Assembly (NCBI GenBank): GCA_039831725.1
Contig: JBDOMQ010000406.1
Location: 1 to 38,316, forward strand
Direction of reading: 5' to 3'
DNA length: 38,316 nucleotides
Source of the DNA: Pirellulales bacterium
GTDB taxonomy: Bacteria; Planctomycetota; Planctomycetia; Pirellulales; UBA1268
This document shows, piece by piece, positions 36,120-38,316 of the stretch. The notes under the pieces are model-generated. The model saw only the letters and a list, made by a program, of their open reading frames with translations, was not told the DNA's origin and searched no databases. Both the position numbers and the translations under genes were made by a program. Position 1 is the stretch's first letter. Each line of letters begins with the position of its first letter.

Positions 36120-36773
36120 ATGACGAGTGCTCATCCAATACGCGTATTTCTTATTGATGATCATGAAATTGTTCTTCAAGGAATCTCAGTAATCTTACAT
36201 GGTGGTCACATCGCCGTCGTGGGGACAGCATCGTCAGGGGAGCAGGCACTCGAGGACTGCCGCGCGGTGCAGCCCGACGTTGTTTTGCTCGATGTGAGAC
36301 TTCAAGGTGGCGAGGATGGTATTTCACTCATCAAACCACTACGGGAAATCTGCCCAAAGTGCAACGTTATTGCATTCACAGCTTTCGATAGCCCCACCGC
36401 CATTGCCCGATCCGCAGCCGCCGGTGCAACTGATTTCATCCTTAAGACCACAAGTAGAGATGCCTTATGTGCTGCAATCGAAGGCGCGGTAGCAAACTCA
36501 ACAACTCGCTCCGACAGCCCATTGAGTAAACTGACCGCACGTTTATCAAAACGATCACTCCCCCCAGAAGTCAACGCTCCATTAACACCCCGAGAGTTTC
36601 AGGTCTTAAAAATCATTTCACTCGGACTTTCAAACCAAGAAATTGCAGACTCACTCGGAATAAGTATCGAAACCGTGAAAGAACACGTGCAAAATATTCT
36701 ACGAAAGCTACAAGTCAAAGACCGCACTCAGGCTGCGGTTTGGGCCGTTCGACAGGGCTTCGATAACTTGTGA
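36120..36773 (+). CDS. two-component response regulator, NarL/FixJ (LuxR-type HTH) family
   Basis: 217 aa from the ATG at 36120 (GAGAGGA upstream). The receiver domain is IRVFLIDDHEIV...PDVVLLDVRLQGGEDG...AFTAF. The C-terminal LuxR HTH is LTPREFQVLKIISLGLSNQEIADSLGISIETVKEHVQNILRKLQVKDRTQA. No histidine kinase gene is in the window. Confidence 0.85.
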   Translation: MTSAHPIRVFLIDDHEIVLQGISVILHGGHIAVVGTASSGEQALEDCRAVQPDVVLLDVRLQGGEDGISLIKPLREICPKCNVIAFTAFDSPTAIARSAAAGATDFILKTTSRDALCAAIEGAVANSTTRSDSPLSKLTARLSKRSLPPEVNAPLTPREFQVLKIISLGLSNQEIADSLGISIETVKEHVQNILRKLQVKDRTQAAVWAVRQGFDNL

Positions 36774-36784
36774 TAGGCCATGAA

Positions 36785-38116
36785 TCACAAAAGCTCACTT
36801 GCAAGGTCGGCAAGCGCAGACCTTTCACCTTTCTCGAGTGTAATGTGCGCAAATATTGACTGCCCAACCATCCTGTTGATGAGATAGCTAAGCCCATTCG
36901 AGAGAGTGTCGAGATAGGGCTGATCAATCTGACGTATGTCACCCGTAAAAATGATCTTCGTACCCTCCCCTGCTCGTGTGATTATTGTTTTCACCTCATG
37001 AGGCGTGAGGTTCTGAGCTTCGTCGACGATAAAAAATATCTTTTGTAAACTGCGACCACGAATATAAGCCAAGGGTGTCACTAAGAGTTTTTCAGATTCT
37101 CGCATCTCCTGAATTCGCTGCGCGGCTGGAGAGCTTTCATGAAACTGATGGCGTATGACAGTTAGGTTATCGTACAGAGGCTGCATGTACGGATCGAGCT
37201 TATCGGCGATATCACCCGGTAAAAAACCAAGATCCCGATTTGACAAAGGTACAACAGGGCGAGCCAGCAATATCTGACGATATTGCTGGCGACGTTCGAG
37301 GGCTGCAGCCAACGCCAGCAGTGTTTTACCAGTACCAGCAGTACCAGCGAGAGTTACCAACTTTATATCATCGTCCAAAAGTGCGTTGACGGCAAATGAT
37401 TGCTCAGCATTCCGAGGACTTATTCCATAACAATTTTTTTTCTCTACCCTCACAAAGGCATTGTCTGGGGTCTTGAATGATACCAATACTGACTTACTAC
37501 CATCCCGAAGAACAAAATTTTCATTCGCTATTGGATTCGCCACGTCTGGCAAGTCTTCAGCTGAAACCTTACCGGAACCAATATAAAAATCACCAATAAC
37601 GCCTGCATCTACATCCTCAACAACTCGTTTCCCCGTGTAGAGCTTGTCGAAACTCTCAATCTTGTCACTAGTATAGTCTTGTGCAAGAACCCCAAGGCCT
37701 TTCGCTTTCATCCTCAGGTTCGTGTCTTTCGAGACGAGAATAACTCTACGTCCCAGCCGCTCCTTCTGAAGACTCGCCGCTGTATTTAATATGCGATGGT
37801 CCGGAGTGTTTTGAAGAAATGCGGCGGCAATACGATCATCCTGCTGAGCACCCAATATCACTCGTACGCCACCACGACCTTGGCCAAGAGGCGCTCCCGT
37901 TGTCGACAGAAGATCACCGGTCAATTGATCTAGTTCACGCAGAAATTGCCTCGCCTGAAAATGGATATCTTCATTCCCACGTTTGAACTTATCGAGTTCT
38001 TCAAGAACTGTAATGGGGATCGCAACATCATGCTCCTGAAAATTTCGAATGCAATTTGAATCATGCAGAATTACATTCGTATCAAGAACAAATAATTTAC
38101 GAGACTGGTCTTCCAT
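36785..38116 (-). CDS. PhoH2-type ATPase: N-terminal PIN domain fused to PhoH-like P-loop NTPase
   Basis: 443 aa from the ATG at 38116 (GGAGG upstream; ORF open to a TTG at 38242). The PIN part is [30 protein letters not shown]. The PhoH part is [18 protein letters not shown] (Walker A), [11 protein letters not shown] (Walker B) and TGDIRQID. Confidence 0.85.
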   Translation of the reverse strand: MEDQSRKLFVLDTNVILHDSNCIRNFQEHDVAIPITVLEELDKFKRGNEDIHFQARQFLRELDQLTGDLLSTTGAPLGQGRGGVRVILGAQQDDRIAAAFLQNTPDHRILNTAASLQKERLGRRVILVSKDTNLRMKAKGLGVLAQDYTSDKIESFDKLYTGKRVVEDVDAGVIGDFYIGSGKVSAEDLPDVANPIANENFVLRDGSKSVLVSFKTPDNAFVRVEKKNCYGISPRNAEQSFAVNALLDDDIKLVTLAGTAGTGKTLLALAAALERRQQYRQILLARPVVPLSNRDLGFLPGDIADKLDPYMQPLYDNLTVIRHQFHESSPAAQRIQEMRESEKLLVTPLAYIRGRSLQKIFFIVDEAQNLTPHEVKTIITRAGEGTKIIFTGDIRQIDQPYLDTLSNGLSYLINRMVGQSIFAHITLEKGERSALADLASELL

Positions 38117-38316
38117 AACCACCTCCAAAGTATTTTCACCTTGATTTAATCGCGGAAACACCTCTTTCAACGAATAGTCTAAACAGACTCCATATAAATC
38201 GAGAATACGAATTATCGCATAGAGCCACCTGACACCTACCAACTCTGCCTTGAAATTCTTGTACTCTTCGGCCCCCCCTCAACATCGCATCAAAAACGTG
38301 CAAAGGTTACACGAAG

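Noticed and set aside
1-38316. CRISPR arrays, tandem DNA repeats, rRNA/tRNA genes and riboswitch-like leaders
   Set aside because: Scanning the intergenic regions by eye (428..637, 4499..4729, 6600..6726, 8768..8991, 13233..13580, 24741..24949, 25784..26136, 31733..31836, 33448..33645, 35962..36119) showed no repeat-spacer periodicity or conserved RNA motifs. A covariance-model scan (Infernal/Rfam, tRNAscan-SE) would be the decisive check.

Overview
This 38.3-kb chromosomal segment has 27 protein-coding genes that I can support. I found no rRNA, tRNA, CRISPR array, IS element, transposase or integrase. The gene content points to a Planctomycetota-like genome, though this is an inference, not a database result. 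The pointers are a DUF1571-type protein, giant signal-anchored proteins with no recognisable domains, frequent GTG/TTG starts, convergent genes with almost no spacer, and rsmH detached from a dcw cluster.

Left third (1-13.2 kb): housekeeping genes. These are a partial aldehyde dehydrogenase, an erpA / cobL / PIG-L deacetylase / membrane protein / FAD oxidoreductase string, Nudix-like plus cysteine desulfurase, queA, rsmH, a LysM protein, an MA-type peptidase, and an MBL hydrolase - plsC - cdsA phospholipid operon.

Centre (13.6-24.7 kb): the most interesting part. An exported DUF1571/LolA-like protein converges on two tightly coupled giant genes (1227 aa and 2176 aa). Together these encode three tandem copies of one module of about 1000-1150 aa: N-terminal anchor, huge motif-less ectodomain, 3-TM bundle, disordered tail. 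I could assign no function, and I regard this as the candidate undescribed envelope system.

Right third: suhB-like phosphatase, a hypothetical gene, and a YhaO/YhaN (SbcD/SbcC-like) pair. In that pair the phosphoesterase appears to have lost its metal ligands, and the SMC-like ATPase has a transmembrane hairpin at the coiled-coil apex. Then follow a small anchored protein, an AI-2E transporter, a GT2/GT-C fusion glycosyltransferase, an orphan NarL-type response regulator and a PIN-PhoH (PhoH2) ATPase.

All family calls rest on motifs read by eye. None has been verified by a search.
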